From: Bixzunavirus cane17
Taxonomy: Duplodnaviria; Heunggongvirae; Uroviricota; Caudoviricetes
Virus record (IMG/VR): IMGVR_UViG_2974759174_000001
Length of the DNA stretch: 64,000 bases
Direction: 5' to 3' (one strand)
In this document: piece by piece, positions 42,385-51,348 of the stretch
How positions within the stretch are numbered: position 1 is the stretch's first letter
How the letters are laid out: each line of letters starts with the position of its first letter
Notes under the pieces: generated by a model
The model's database searches: none
The model's input: only the letters and a program-made list of their open reading frames with translations
Told to the model about the DNA's origin: nothing
Made by a program: the position numbers and the translations under genes

Positions 42385-43146
42385 ATGACTGACAGCACCA
42401 CCAGCACCCTGATCGAGCGCGATCTGGAGACCTACCTGAGCAAGGTGGGCGGCGACTACGTCGCGGCCTACAACGAGATCGTCGCCGACGAGGAGCGCAA
42501 GGCGCTGTCCAAGCGTCCGCCCAACAACGCCGCGATCCGGCGCGCGGCCTACGCGCAGGCCGTCAAGAACCTCGATCCCAAGCAGCTGCGGGTGATGAAC
42601 CGCACCTTCCGCAACTTCGTGCCGCTGGCCAAGAAGAACGCCGAGATTACCTCGGAGACCGGCGAGCTGACCCTGCAGCAGGCCGAGGACCTGATGATCG
42701 AGGTCCTGGAGGTCAAGCGCATTCAGGAGATGGCCAAGAGCCGCTACGAGGAGATCCGCAAGCGGGTGTTCAACTCGCTGACCGAGACCTTCGCTAGCGC
42801 GGGCGAGCCGGAGCCGGAGTACGTCGCCGGACACATCGACATCCCGAATCTGGGCCTGAAGTTCACCCGCGAGGGTGGCGCCCGCAAGGACCCCGAGCTC
42901 GACGAGGCCACCCTGCGTGACCTGGTCGGCGACGAGGTCTGGAACAAGGTGACCCGTGTCGAGGTCATCCCCGCACAAGAGGTGCGGACCTTCGACGAAG
43001 GTCTGTTCCTGGCAGCAGCCCGGAAGAATCCGGCGCTGCTGGAAAAGCTCCGTCAGGCCCTGGTGGTGGGCGGTCATCGCCCGGTTTCGTTCCACCAGCG
43101 CTCGCTGTCGCCTGAGGAGCTGGAGGCATATCGTGACAAGGAGTAA
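42385..43146 (+). CDS. Hypothetical protein (253 aa)
   Basis: SD GAAGGAG with CA-rich leader. TACACT -10-like hexamer at 42348. Confidence 0.8.
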   Translation: MTDSTTSTLIERDLETYLSKVGGDYVAAYNEIVADEERKALSKRPPNNAAIRRAAYAQAVKNLDPKQLRVMNRTFRNFVPLAKKNAEITSETGELTLQQAEDLMIEVLEVKRIQEMAKSRYEEIRKRVFNSLTETFASAGEPEPEYVAGHIDIPNLGLKFTREGGARKDPELDEATLRDLVGDEVWNKVTRVEVIPAQEVRTFDEGLFLAAARKNPALLEKLRQALVVGGHRPVSFHQRSLSPEELEAYRDKE

Positions 43147-43149
43147 GCC

Positions 43150-43797
43150 ATGGCACCGCCGGTCGATCATGAGGTAGAAGCGTCCGGCCAAGAACAGGGA
43201 GAGCCTCTCCGCAGTGATGCGGAGGGGCATCCTGTCTTTGCTGAGTTCGATGAGGTGGCCGAGGCCAAGCTCTCCGACGAGGAACTGGAGATCCGGCGTC
43301 AGGAGATCGCCGCGCTCGACCGCGCCTCTGACGCCGAGCTGATGGCGATGGCCGGGGTGGAGCCGGTGGTCTCGACCACCGAGGCTGCCGAGTACTTCGA
43401 CCGCACCAGTCAGTGGATCTACTGGGGACTCAAGCCGGACGAGAAGACCGGCGAGCACATCTTCACCTGGCCGGACGGTTCGCCGATCGTGCCCGAGCGC
43501 GTCGGCGATCCCGAGACCGGCCACCGCCGGTTCACCATGCCGATCCTGCGGGCCATCCTGCAGTCGTGCTACCGGCGCGGCAACATCGACCCCGATGAGC
43601 TGCGCACCATCATGCGGCGCATCCGTTACACCGAGCTCGGCGTGGAATGGCGGGCCCGGGAGGGCTGGAAGTACGTCTACCTCGGGCGCAACCGGCACAA
43701 GTGGGTCCGGCCCGAAGAGGCCTTCTTCGACAAGCGCACCAAGACCTGGCGCCTGCGCAAGCACACTGCGGCACCCAAGAAGGACGAGGACGAATGA
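43150..43797 (+). CDS. Helix-turn-helix DNA-binding protein
   Basis: VSTTEAAEYFDRTSQWIY excisionase/MerR-type HTH followed by RRFT. Confidence 0.7.
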   Translation: MAPPVDHEVEASGQEQGEPLRSDAEGHPVFAEFDEVAEAKLSDEELEIRRQEIAALDRASDAELMAMAGVEPVVSTTEAAEYFDRTSQWIYWGLKPDEKTGEHIFTWPDGSPIVPERVGDPETGHRRFTMPILRAILQSCYRRGNIDPDELRTIMRRIRYTELGVEWRAREGWKYVYLGRNRHKWVRPEEAFFDKRTKTWRLRKHTAAPKKDEDE

Positions 43798-44438
43798 CCT
43801 TGACCCGAGACCCTCGGTACGAACGCCAGCGGGACTACCTGGAGAAGGTTGTTCGGTACCACTCCCGCACGACGGTGCAGGGCGCCTGCGACGCGTGTGG
43901 GCAGACGGCACCCTGTGCCATCCTGACCGAGGCGAAAGAGTCCCTGGTCTTGCTGTCAACGCCGCCGTTCTACTGGCAGCGCGAACACCTGCCCTACGGC
44001 ATCACCGACGGCCACCAGATGCCGCAGCGTGACCTGATCGAGGCGCTGATGATCGCTTACGGCGAGCCTCCCGGGGACGTGCGTCGATTGGGTGAGGAAG
44101 CCGAACAGATCTGGCGTGCCCAGCGGGTCCAGAAGGATGGATGGACCCCGCGCGAGTGGGTGGACCTGCTGCAGAAGCTGTCCTACAAGCCCGGCTGGCA
44201 CTGCCAGATCCTGCTCGGCTACCCGACGCCTCGCATCGAGATCGAGACCGTGGTGACCCTGCCCGACGGCGCCACGGAGCGGCTGGCCAGCTCGGCCATG
44301 CTCTACGAGAACATGCCCGGCGCCCGCTGGGCTCATCGCGCCATCAGTTCCATGCTGCAGGAGATGGAGACAGTGATCATGAGGACCTACCTGCGCCGCG
44401 ACGGCGAGCCTTGGACCGAGGAGAAAGACGTCCCGTGA
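43794..44438 (+). CDS. Hypothetical protein with CxxC (214 aa)
   Basis: ATGA overlap. CDACG..APC. Confidence 0.75.
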   Translation: MTLTRDPRYERQRDYLEKVVRYHSRTTVQGACDACGQTAPCAILTEAKESLVLLSTPPFYWQREHLPYGITDGHQMPQRDLIEALMIAYGEPPGDVRRLGEEAEQIWRAQRVQKDGWTPREWVDLLQKLSYKPGWHCQILLGYPTPRIEIETVVTLPDGATERLASSAMLYENMPGARWAHRAISSMLQEMETVIMRTYLRRDGEPWTEEKDVP

Positions 44439-45112
44439 CCATCCTCAAGTACGCCCTGACCGGGACCCACGGCTCTGGCAAGACCTACATCGCTGAGCAG
44501 ATCGACAAGCGGGCTCGCGGCGCCGGAATGGTGGTCGCGACCTTCCACAGTCCGACCCGCTACCTCAAGAAGTTGTTCGACCTGGGCAACAACCGCGACG
44601 GGGACTGGGAGTTCCAGATTCGGCTGATCACCGAGTTCCAGCGTCAGGCCCGCGAGGCCGAGCGTGACGTTCACCATCTCATGCAACTGGAGCCTCCTCG
44701 TCAGCTCGGTCTGATCATCGGCGATCGGTGTAGTCTGGACCCGCTGGCCTACGCCGAGGACCTGCTGGCCCAGGTGGCCCCGTCCGGCACCGATGTCCTC
44801 GTCGAGTCCCGGGAGGTCCAGCTGCTCCGGCAAGTCGTCGCCATCACCCGCGAGCTGGCCTACGCCGACCGGTTCTGGGACGTCATCGCCTACAAGCCGC
44901 CGCACCCGGACTTCCTGACCGCCGACGCCGACCGGCTCGACGACCGGGACTACCAGCGGGCCATTGACCTTCTGATCGCCGGTCATGTGCAACGCTTCTG
45001 TGGGGTTCAACCGGACCAGAAGGTGGAATACCTTCATATCGACCGCGACCGGGCCGTCGACGAACTCTGGGAGATCATTCAGCATGACGCCGCTCAACGA
45101 CGCGCTGCGTAG
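44435..45112 (+). CDS. P-loop kinase, AAA_28/dNMP-kinase-like
   Basis: YALTGTHGSGKT Walker A and IIGDRCSLDPLAY. Confidence 0.8.
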   Translation: MTILKYALTGTHGSGKTYIAEQIDKRARGAGMVVATFHSPTRYLKKLFDLGNNRDGDWEFQIRLITEFQRQAREAERDVHHLMQLEPPRQLGLIIGDRCSLDPLAYAEDLLAQVAPSGTDVLVESREVQLLRQVVAITRELAYADRFWDVIAYKPPHPDFLTADADRLDDRDYQRAIDLLIAGHVQRFCGVQPDQKVEYLHIDRDRAVDELWEIIQHDAAQRRAA

Positions 45113-46127
45113 GGCCATCGACGAGGCTGTCGAGCCCCTGCTCACCGACCACCGCAAGGTCATTGCCGGAGTGCCCGACGACCCGATCGCCATCCAGCGC
45201 GCGGACCTGCACTACGTCTTCGACCAGTACAACACCCAGCTGCTGGACTTCACCGCGCTGCAGGCACCGATCGGGCACAACCACCCGTGGGTCCTCACCG
45301 CGATCCGCGAGCATCTGGACTACTACGTGCGCACCGGCCCGGCGTCCGGCCACGTGGCCCGCTGGCCGGTCGAGTACGCCCGCAAGCTCATCGACAGCCT
45401 GGAGCGCCCCGACGCCGACAGCCTGCGGGTGCTCTACGCCGAGGGCGGTCGCGACGCCGGGGCGGTGGCCTTCACGCAGTTCCCCAACTGGTCTCTGGTA
45501 AGCCTGATCGATCGTGAGGGGCGACTGGTCGCCCCCGAGGTGGTGCTCGACGAGGTCGACCGCGCCACCAAGAGCGGACGCACGGTCGTTGCCGACGAGA
45601 GCGCCACCGGTTTCGGTCGGCTGGGCCGGATCTGGGGACATCAGGCCTACGGCTTCACCCCGGACGCAATCATCTTCGGCGGTCCAGCGGGCGGCGGGCT
45701 GACTCTCGGCGGAGTCATCGGTCCTGCCGAGCTGCTCGACGATGCCTTCGTCGGACCGATGGCCGGAGCCCCGCTCGCCTGCGCCACCGGCGCAGCCACC
45801 CTGGCCGCGATCAATCCCGAACTGCTGGAGCACGTGCGTGAGGAGGGGGTGACTTTCGGCGAGCGCCTGCGGGCCCTGGTGGACCGGTTCGGCGACTATC
45901 TGGCCGACACCGCCGGGTCTGGGCTCTACCACACCCTGGACTTCCGATCGCCGCAACTCGCCAGAAAGTTCGAAGTGTCCACGCGTCAACACGGGCTTCT
46001 GACCGCTCCGCCAGTAGGCTCCACCGTAGTGGTCACCCCGACACTCATCGCCAGCGAGCGCGAGCTCGCCCGAGGGGTCGAGTTGATCGCCGAGACCCTG
46101 GAAGGGTGGAAGACCACCGACTCGTGA
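45084..46127 (+). CDS. Class III aminotransferase homolog lacking the Schiff-base Lys
   Basis: LDF....PIGHNHP, VVADESATGFGRLG, PDAIIFGGPAGGG (K replaced by G). Confidence 0.8.
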   Translation: MTPLNDALRRAIDEAVEPLLTDHRKVIAGVPDDPIAIQRADLHYVFDQYNTQLLDFTALQAPIGHNHPWVLTAIREHLDYYVRTGPASGHVARWPVEYARKLIDSLERPDADSLRVLYAEGGRDAGAVAFTQFPNWSLVSLIDREGRLVAPEVVLDEVDRATKSGRTVVADESATGFGRLGRIWGHQAYGFTPDAIIFGGPAGGGLTLGGVIGPAELLDDAFVGPMAGAPLACATGAATLAAINPELLEHVREEGVTFGERLRALVDRFGDYLADTAGSGLYHTLDFRSPQLARKFEVSTRQHGLLTAPPVGSTVVVTPTLIASERELARGVELIAETLEGWKTTDS

Positions 46128-46170
46128 TAGGGACTGCCAACGTGAAGTGCGGGAGGAGGCACACGAAGAG

Positions 46171-46614
46171 ATGACAGCACCCGCTCATCCGTTGACAGAG
46201 GAACCGTACATGCCCCGTCCAGGCGACATCGATATCGGCCTGAAGAACGACCAGATCATGCAGCGGTACCTCGTCCGTCGTATCCATCGCGAGGTCGAGT
46301 TCACGATCAAGGAGATGGACGGCGACACCGTCACCGGCTTCATCACCGGCTTCGACGACAAGTGCATCCAGATGTCGACCACCCCGCGCAACTCCGCCGA
46401 GGAGCCGATGTCGGTGCTGCTGTTCTGGCCGATCCGCAAGATCACCGAGACCGGACGCAAGATCACCGATCTGGAGCATGAGCATCGGACCAAGATCCGC
46501 AGCTATAGTCATGCCCTGCGTGCTCAGTGCGACGCCTACCTCAACGGCAGCCGGGGACGTACCCAGTCCTCGTCCGCACCCCGGCGGCTGATGCCCGCCG
46601 AAGACGTCGACTAA
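46171..46614 (+). CDS. Sm/Hfq-like fold protein
   Basis: VEFTIKEMDGDTVTGFITGFDDKCIQM resembles the Sm1 motif. SD GGGAGGAGG. Confidence 0.55.
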   Translation: MTAPAHPLTEEPYMPRPGDIDIGLKNDQIMQRYLVRRIHREVEFTIKEMDGDTVTGFITGFDDKCIQMSTTPRNSAEEPMSVLLFWPIRKITETGRKITDLEHEHRTKIRSYSHALRAQCDAYLNGSRGRTQSSSAPRRLMPAEDVD

Positions 46615-46680
46615 GCTTCAAAACGCAACGTTGTAGGCTATGATGGGCCTACAGAATCATTCACACAGGAGCACACACAT

Positions 46681-47067
46681 ATGGCGTTTGTCGACCCTGA
46701 TCCCATCGAGGAAGACATGGGTGTCCGCTGCCAGGAGATGAGTCCCGAGCAGCTGGTGTCCTACATCAAGACCTACCACGGCGCGTTCGGGCTGGACCTG
46801 CCCGTCGAGGGCCTCAAGGAGCGCTCGATCTTCCGGGGCCTGCAGAAGACCTACGGCCCGGAGAAGGCCGGACAGATCGTCAAGTGGACCTTCTACAGGC
46901 ACAAGGGCAAGTTCCGGGGCCAGACGGTCGGCTACTTCGACTTCATCAAGGCCCGCAAGTGGTTCACCGACCTCATGCTCATGGAGTCCACCGAGGAGCT
47001 GGCCCGGCAGGCCAAGAAAATTGCCCCGCGTCAGACCGTGGGGGCTAAGAGATTGTCGGATCTCTGA
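46681..47067 (+). CDS. Hypothetical protein upstream of the helicase loader, possible replication initiator partner
   Basis: Own promoter/leader (TATGAT at 46639, AGGAG). Synteny. Confidence 0.7.
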   Translation: MAFVDPDPIEEDMGVRCQEMSPEQLVSYIKTYHGAFGLDLPVEGLKERSIFRGLQKTYGPEKAGQIVKWTFYRHKGKFRGQTVGYFDFIKARKWFTDLMLMESTEELARQAKKIAPRQTVGAKRLSDL

Positions 47068-47162
47068 TGCCGGGCCGACTGCCGGTAGACGGACACTGCC
47101 CGGCCAAGTCGCAGAACACCGACAACTATCGGCTCGGGCCGTGGGAGAGCGAGAAACTGTGA
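47067..47162 (+). CDS. Possible 31-aa coupling ORF
   Basis: TGATG overlap upstream, GTGA overlap with the DnaC-like start. Confidence 0.45.
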   Translation: MPGRLPVDGHCPAKSQNTDNYRLGPWESEKL

Positions 47163-47941
47163 AGCTGCGCGTCCTGAGCGACGACGACTACCAGCGGGTG
47201 TGCCGGAGTGAGCCGAACTACTCCCGGCCCGCCACCGAGTGGTGCCCGACCTGCAACGGGCGCGGGACCTACATCGCGCGCGGCGGCGCCAAGACCGCCT
47301 GCGACTGCCCGACTCAGCACCGGCTGGGCAAGAACTACCTGGCGGCAGGTATCGGGGCGACCTACATGCGGCTGGACTGGGGCGACTACCACGGGCCCAA
47401 GGGCATCCTGCAGGGCGTGGAGAAGTACCTCGACCGGCATGAGGCCTTCCTGCAGCGTGGCATGGGCCTGTACTTCTCCGGCACCTTCGGCACCGGCAAG
47501 ACGATGATCGCCAACCTGGTGCTCAAGGAGCTGATCAAGCGCGGCCAGACCTGCTTTGCCACCACCTTCGCCCAGACCATCGAGATGTACACCTCGACCT
47601 GGCGCGACAAGGACGAGAAGGCGTGGTTTCAGCGTAAGTTCCTCGACAGCCAGTTCCTGCTGCTCGACGACGTCGGCAAGGAGTTGCGTGGGACCCGGCT
47701 GGCGCTGGCCGAGACCACCTTCGACGCCATCCTGCGCGAGCGGGTGACCCACGGGCGTCCGACCTTGATCACCACCAACCTGGCCGCTGACGAGCTGCAC
47801 GAGGGCTACGGCGGGGCCATCCTCAGCCTGATCCGGGAGAAGAGTCTCGAAGAGGTCTTCGAGGGCGAGGACTTCCGGCCCCGGGCTAACGACCGCGAGC
47901 TCGACGAGATCATGAAAGGCTGGGTGCGCCCGATTGTCTGA
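47159..47941 (+). CDS. DnaC/IstB-like helicase loader
   Basis: CPTC...CDC Zn motif, GTFGTGKT, LLLDDVG, LITTN. Confidence 0.9.
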   Translation: MKLRVLSDDDYQRVCRSEPNYSRPATEWCPTCNGRGTYIARGGAKTACDCPTQHRLGKNYLAAGIGATYMRLDWGDYHGPKGILQGVEKYLDRHEAFLQRGMGLYFSGTFGTGKTMIANLVLKELIKRGQTCFATTFAQTIEMYTSTWRDKDEKAWFQRKFLDSQFLLLDDVGKELRGTRLALAETTFDAILRERVTHGRPTLITTNLAADELHEGYGGAILSLIREKSLEEVFEGEDFRPRANDRELDEIMKGWVRPIV

Positions 47942-49199
47942 TGTGGAGATCCAGCTGCTGTCGCGAATGACCGAGCTGGACCAGATCAAGCGCGTCTTCG
48001 ACAACGGCGTCAGGCCGGAGGTCTTCGAGGACCCGATGAATCAGGTCGTGTTCATCTTCATGATGGACTACTGGCTGAACTCGCAGATGCAGGCCGCACC
48101 GACCTTTCAGGTGGTCGAGACCGAGTACCCGCTGGTCACCCTGGACCGCGAGGTCGACGTCGAGACCCAGTGGTGCTGTGACTGGCTGCGCAAGCGATTC
48201 GTCCGCAACAAGGTCCAGTTCATCGCGCGCGAAGCGGCCAAGGCCATGGACCGCGATCCGTACGAGGCGCTAGGTCTGATGTGGCGCGAGGCCTACGAGG
48301 CCACCGAGATCGTCCGGCCCGCGACCACCTTCAGCGACATGGCCACCAACAAGGAGGAGCGTCGTCAGCGCTACACCCGCGACCGGGAGAACGCGCTGGC
48401 CATGGGGATGGGCTTCGGGCTCGAAGAGCTCGACGAGCACACCCGGGGCATCCGGCCCGGCGAGCTGGCCGCGATCGCCGCCTACACCAAGGTGGGCAAG
48501 TCGTGGATGCTGGCCAAGGCCTACTGCGAGGCGCTGCGGCGCGGCGCCCGTCCGGTGATGTTCACCCTGGAGATGGACCGCAAGGAGATGGAGGACCGCA
48601 TCGACTGCATGTACTCCGGGGTCAGCTTCAATAAATTCATGCGCCGCGAGCTCAGCTTCGACGAGATGGCCCAGCTCACCAACGCACAGGACCTGCTGGA
48701 GCGCACTGCCGTAGCCCCGCTGGTCCGGCCCCAGCGCGGCGACCGCACGGTCAAGACGATGTTCACCCAGGCCCGTCAGCTCGGCGCCGACTTCGTGCTC
48801 ATCGACCAGCTGTCCTGGGTCGACGCCGAGAAGAGCTACACCGGCGACTCGGCCCTGCGGATGAAGCACGGCGAACTGGCCTACGACATCAAGGAAGAGA
48901 CCAGCCGGTCCAGCGTCGGCGAGCTGCCGACCTTCCTGGCCATCCAGCTCAACCGTGCGGTGATGAACAACGACGGACGCGGCGCGCTGAACAACTTCGC
49001 CAACAGCTCGATGATCGAGCAGACCGTCGACATCGCCCTGGGCCTGTGGCAGAACCAGGACATGCGCAACTCGAACATGATGGGCCTGGACATCATGGGC
49101 AGCCGTCGCGGCGACCGCAAGAGCTGGCTGCTCAACTGGCACCTGACCGAGCGGACCGAGATCCGGGTCCTGGAGGAATACACCGAGGCGCCGTCATGA
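47934..49199 (+). CDS. dnaB: DnaB-like replicative helicase
   Basis: GIRPGELAAIAAYTKVGKS, FTLEM, VLIDQL, AIQLNR, IEQTVD. Confidence 0.9.
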   Translation: MSDVEIQLLSRMTELDQIKRVFDNGVRPEVFEDPMNQVVFIFMMDYWLNSQMQAAPTFQVVETEYPLVTLDREVDVETQWCCDWLRKRFVRNKVQFIAREAAKAMDRDPYEALGLMWREAYEATEIVRPATTFSDMATNKEERRQRYTRDRENALAMGMGFGLEELDEHTRGIRPGELAAIAAYTKVGKSWMLAKAYCEALRRGARPVMFTLEMDRKEMEDRIDCMYSGVSFNKFMRRELSFDEMAQLTNAQDLLERTAVAPLVRPQRGDRTVKTMFTQARQLGADFVLIDQLSWVDAEKSYTGDSALRMKHGELAYDIKEETSRSSVGELPTFLAIQLNRAVMNNDGRGALNNFANSSMIEQTVDIALGLWQNQDMRNSNMMGLDIMGSRRGDRKSWLLNWHLTERTEIRVLEEYTEAPS

Positions 49200-50269
49200 A
49201 GCGTGGTTTCGGCTTCATCCAGGAGCGCATGGTCTACGACGACTACCTGCGCCGTCTCAACGTGCGCGCGGTCCTGGACCACTACGGGGTCGAGAACGAC
49301 CGCGAGGAGCCCGGCAAGGAGGGCACCACCGAGATCGTCCACAGCTGCCTGGTGGATCGCGTGGAGCGCCATCACAACAACGGTGACGCCAACCCCTCGG
49401 CGTCGGTCAACGTCGACCGCAAGAAGTACGTCTGCTGGGCGTTCTGGGGCGGCGACATGTTCGACTTCATCGCCAAGATGGAAGACGAGGAGGACTTCAA
49501 TGGCATTCTGCCGATCGTCCGGGACTTTCTGGAAGGCAGCACGGTCGACCAGGACGCGTTCCTGGCCGAACTCGATCGGCTGTTCACTGCTGCCCCTCGG
49601 GGCCAGGGCAACGCCGACCTACCGTTCTATGCGTCCACGATCCTCAAGCCTTGGCAGTTCGTACACCCCTACCTGGCCGAGCGAGGCATCGATCCCGACA
49701 CTGCGAAGCGCCTGCGCCTTGGATGGCGCGAAGACCTTAATCGGATCACAATTCCGGTTTTCTGGGGCGGCGAGCTGGTTGGGTGGCAAGCGCGAGCTGT
49801 TCCCGATCGTCCTGGACTGTGGCCTGGCACCTGGGATGGTGGTTTCCCGAAATACAAGTCCAGCCCCGGATTCCCTAAGTCTTCAGTGTTCTATGTCCCA
49901 GACGGAGAGGGGCGATTGGATCGTGTCGGTCGAGAAGTTGTGGTGGTCGAATCCCCGTTTTCGGTCATCAAGGCCACTGCTCTCGGAGTTTCCCGTCCTG
50001 TCGTGGCGACTTTCGGAGCCAAGGTAAGCCAGCACCAGATCAACATGCTGGCCGGGTTTGACCATGTCACCGTCTGGGCCGACGACGACGACGCGGGCCG
50101 GTTCATGGAGCGCAAGATGGTCCGGGGTCTGGTCAGCAGGACTGCTGTTTCTGTAGTGACACCCGACCACAAGATGGACATGGGTGACTATGACGCGGCA
50201 GACTTGATAGAGGAGAAGATCGAGCAGGCCACACCGGCCATGCTCAAGATGATCGAGTGGAAGATGTGA
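49196..50269 (+). CDS. DNA primase (Toprim)
   Basis: N-terminal Zn-binding residues, VVVVESPFS, WADDDDAG. Confidence 0.85.
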   Translation: MKRGFGFIQERMVYDDYLRRLNVRAVLDHYGVENDREEPGKEGTTEIVHSCLVDRVERHHNNGDANPSASVNVDRKKYVCWAFWGGDMFDFIAKMEDEEDFNGILPIVRDFLEGSTVDQDAFLAELDRLFTAAPRGQGNADLPFYASTILKPWQFVHPYLAERGIDPDTAKRLRLGWREDLNRITIPVFWGGELVGWQARAVPDRPGLWPGTWDGGFPKYKSSPGFPKSSVFYVPDGEGRLDRVGREVVVVESPFSVIKATALGVSRPVVATFGAKVSQHQINMLAGFDHVTVWADDDDAGRFMERKMVRGLVSRTAVSVVTPDHKMDMGDYDAADLIEEKIEQATPAMLKMIEWKM

Positions 50270-50272
50270 GCC

Positions 50273-50512
50273 ATGGGCAACAACCGACCCACGACGCGGA
50301 CATTGCCGACCGGCGAGAAGGCCACACATCACCCCGACGGTCGTCTGGTGCTCAAGCCCAAGAACTCCCTTGCTGATGCCCTCTCGGGCCAGCTGGACGC
50401 CCAACAGGAGGCCTCCCAGGCGCTCACCGAAGCGCTGGTGCAGACCGCCGTCACCAAGAGAGAGGCCCAAGCCGATGGCAACCCTGTCCCTGAGGACAAG
50501 CGCGTCTTCTGA
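50273..50512 (+). CDS. Hypothetical protein (79 aa)
   Basis: High GC3. Confidence 0.65.
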   Translation: MGNNRPTTRTLPTGEKATHHPDGRLVLKPKNSLADALSGQLDAQQEASQALTEALVQTAVTKREAQADGNPVPEDKRVF

Positions 50513-51263
50513 CGACTCAGGCCTCTTCGACAGCCGGAAGGCTCCGGGCTCCCGTGGCATCGGATATCCCTCGTGCAATACCGAGCTGGCGCTCATCCCG
50601 CCTAACACCGCCGACCCGCACGGGTACTACGCCGAAATCGGCGTCAACCCCTGGGCGAGCATGGATCAAATTCGATTCAGGGTTCGGCACCTCTATCGCA
50701 CTTATCACCCGGACACGGGCATAGAACCTGACGTGGACAAGCTCAACCGGGTGCGCAACATCGCCTCGGTGCTACTGGACCCGCTGGCCCGGGACAAGTA
50801 CAACCGCACCCCCAAGGGCATGAGGCTGATGGACGCGGTGTTTGCTGCCGAGCTGAGCAAGCTCGACGATCTGCAGACCCTCGACGAGGTCGAGCTCCAG
50901 CGGGTCCTCAAGCCGGTCAAAGCCAACCCGTACGGGGCCCACAACGCGGGGACGCGCTACGACTACTTCGCCATCAACAGCCATCGCGACCCCTGGCGCG
51001 CGGACGGGCTCAAGGCCCAGCTGTGGTATCACTTTCTGGTCGAGGCCGCTCCCCTTGTCAACTACCGGCGGGTGATCAAGGTCCTCATGACCGACGGCCC
51101 TGCCGAGTACCACCACGACGCCTGCATGATGGTGATCCCGCGTTCCTGGGAGCCCTCGCAGTCGCTGGCCTACTCGCTGTTCACCCACGTCGCGGGCTTT
51201 ATGCCGGGGCGCAACGATCCAATGACACGCTTGTCATTCATAAGCTCCAATATTCCCGCCTGA
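50475..51263 (+). CDS. J-domain (DnaJ-like) protein; start uncertain
   Basis: YYAEIGV...SMDQIR...LYRTYHPD...VLLDPLARDKYN. Confidence 0.8.
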   Translation: MATLSLRTSASSDDSGLFDSRKAPGSRGIGYPSCNTELALIPPNTADPHGYYAEIGVNPWASMDQIRFRVRHLYRTYHPDTGIEPDVDKLNRVRNIASVLLDPLARDKYNRTPKGMRLMDAVFAAELSKLDDLQTLDEVELQRVLKPVKANPYGAHNAGTRYDYFAINSHRDPWRADGLKAQLWYHFLVEAAPLVNYRRVIKVLMTDGPAEYHHDACMMVIPRSWEPSQSLAYSLFTHVAGFMPGRNDPMTRLSFISSNIPA

Positions 51264-51276
51264 TGGTGTAGTGTCC

Positions 51277-51304
51277 CTACAGAAGGGCTAAAGCCCTTCT
51301 GTAG
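51277..51304. repeat. Perfect 13-bp inverted repeat in the SSB leader
   Basis: CTACAGAAGGGCT-AA-AGCCCTTCTGTAG. Confidence 0.9.
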
Positions 51305-51348
51305 CAAGACAATCCACAACAGGAAAAAACGGGAAGAAACAGATACAC

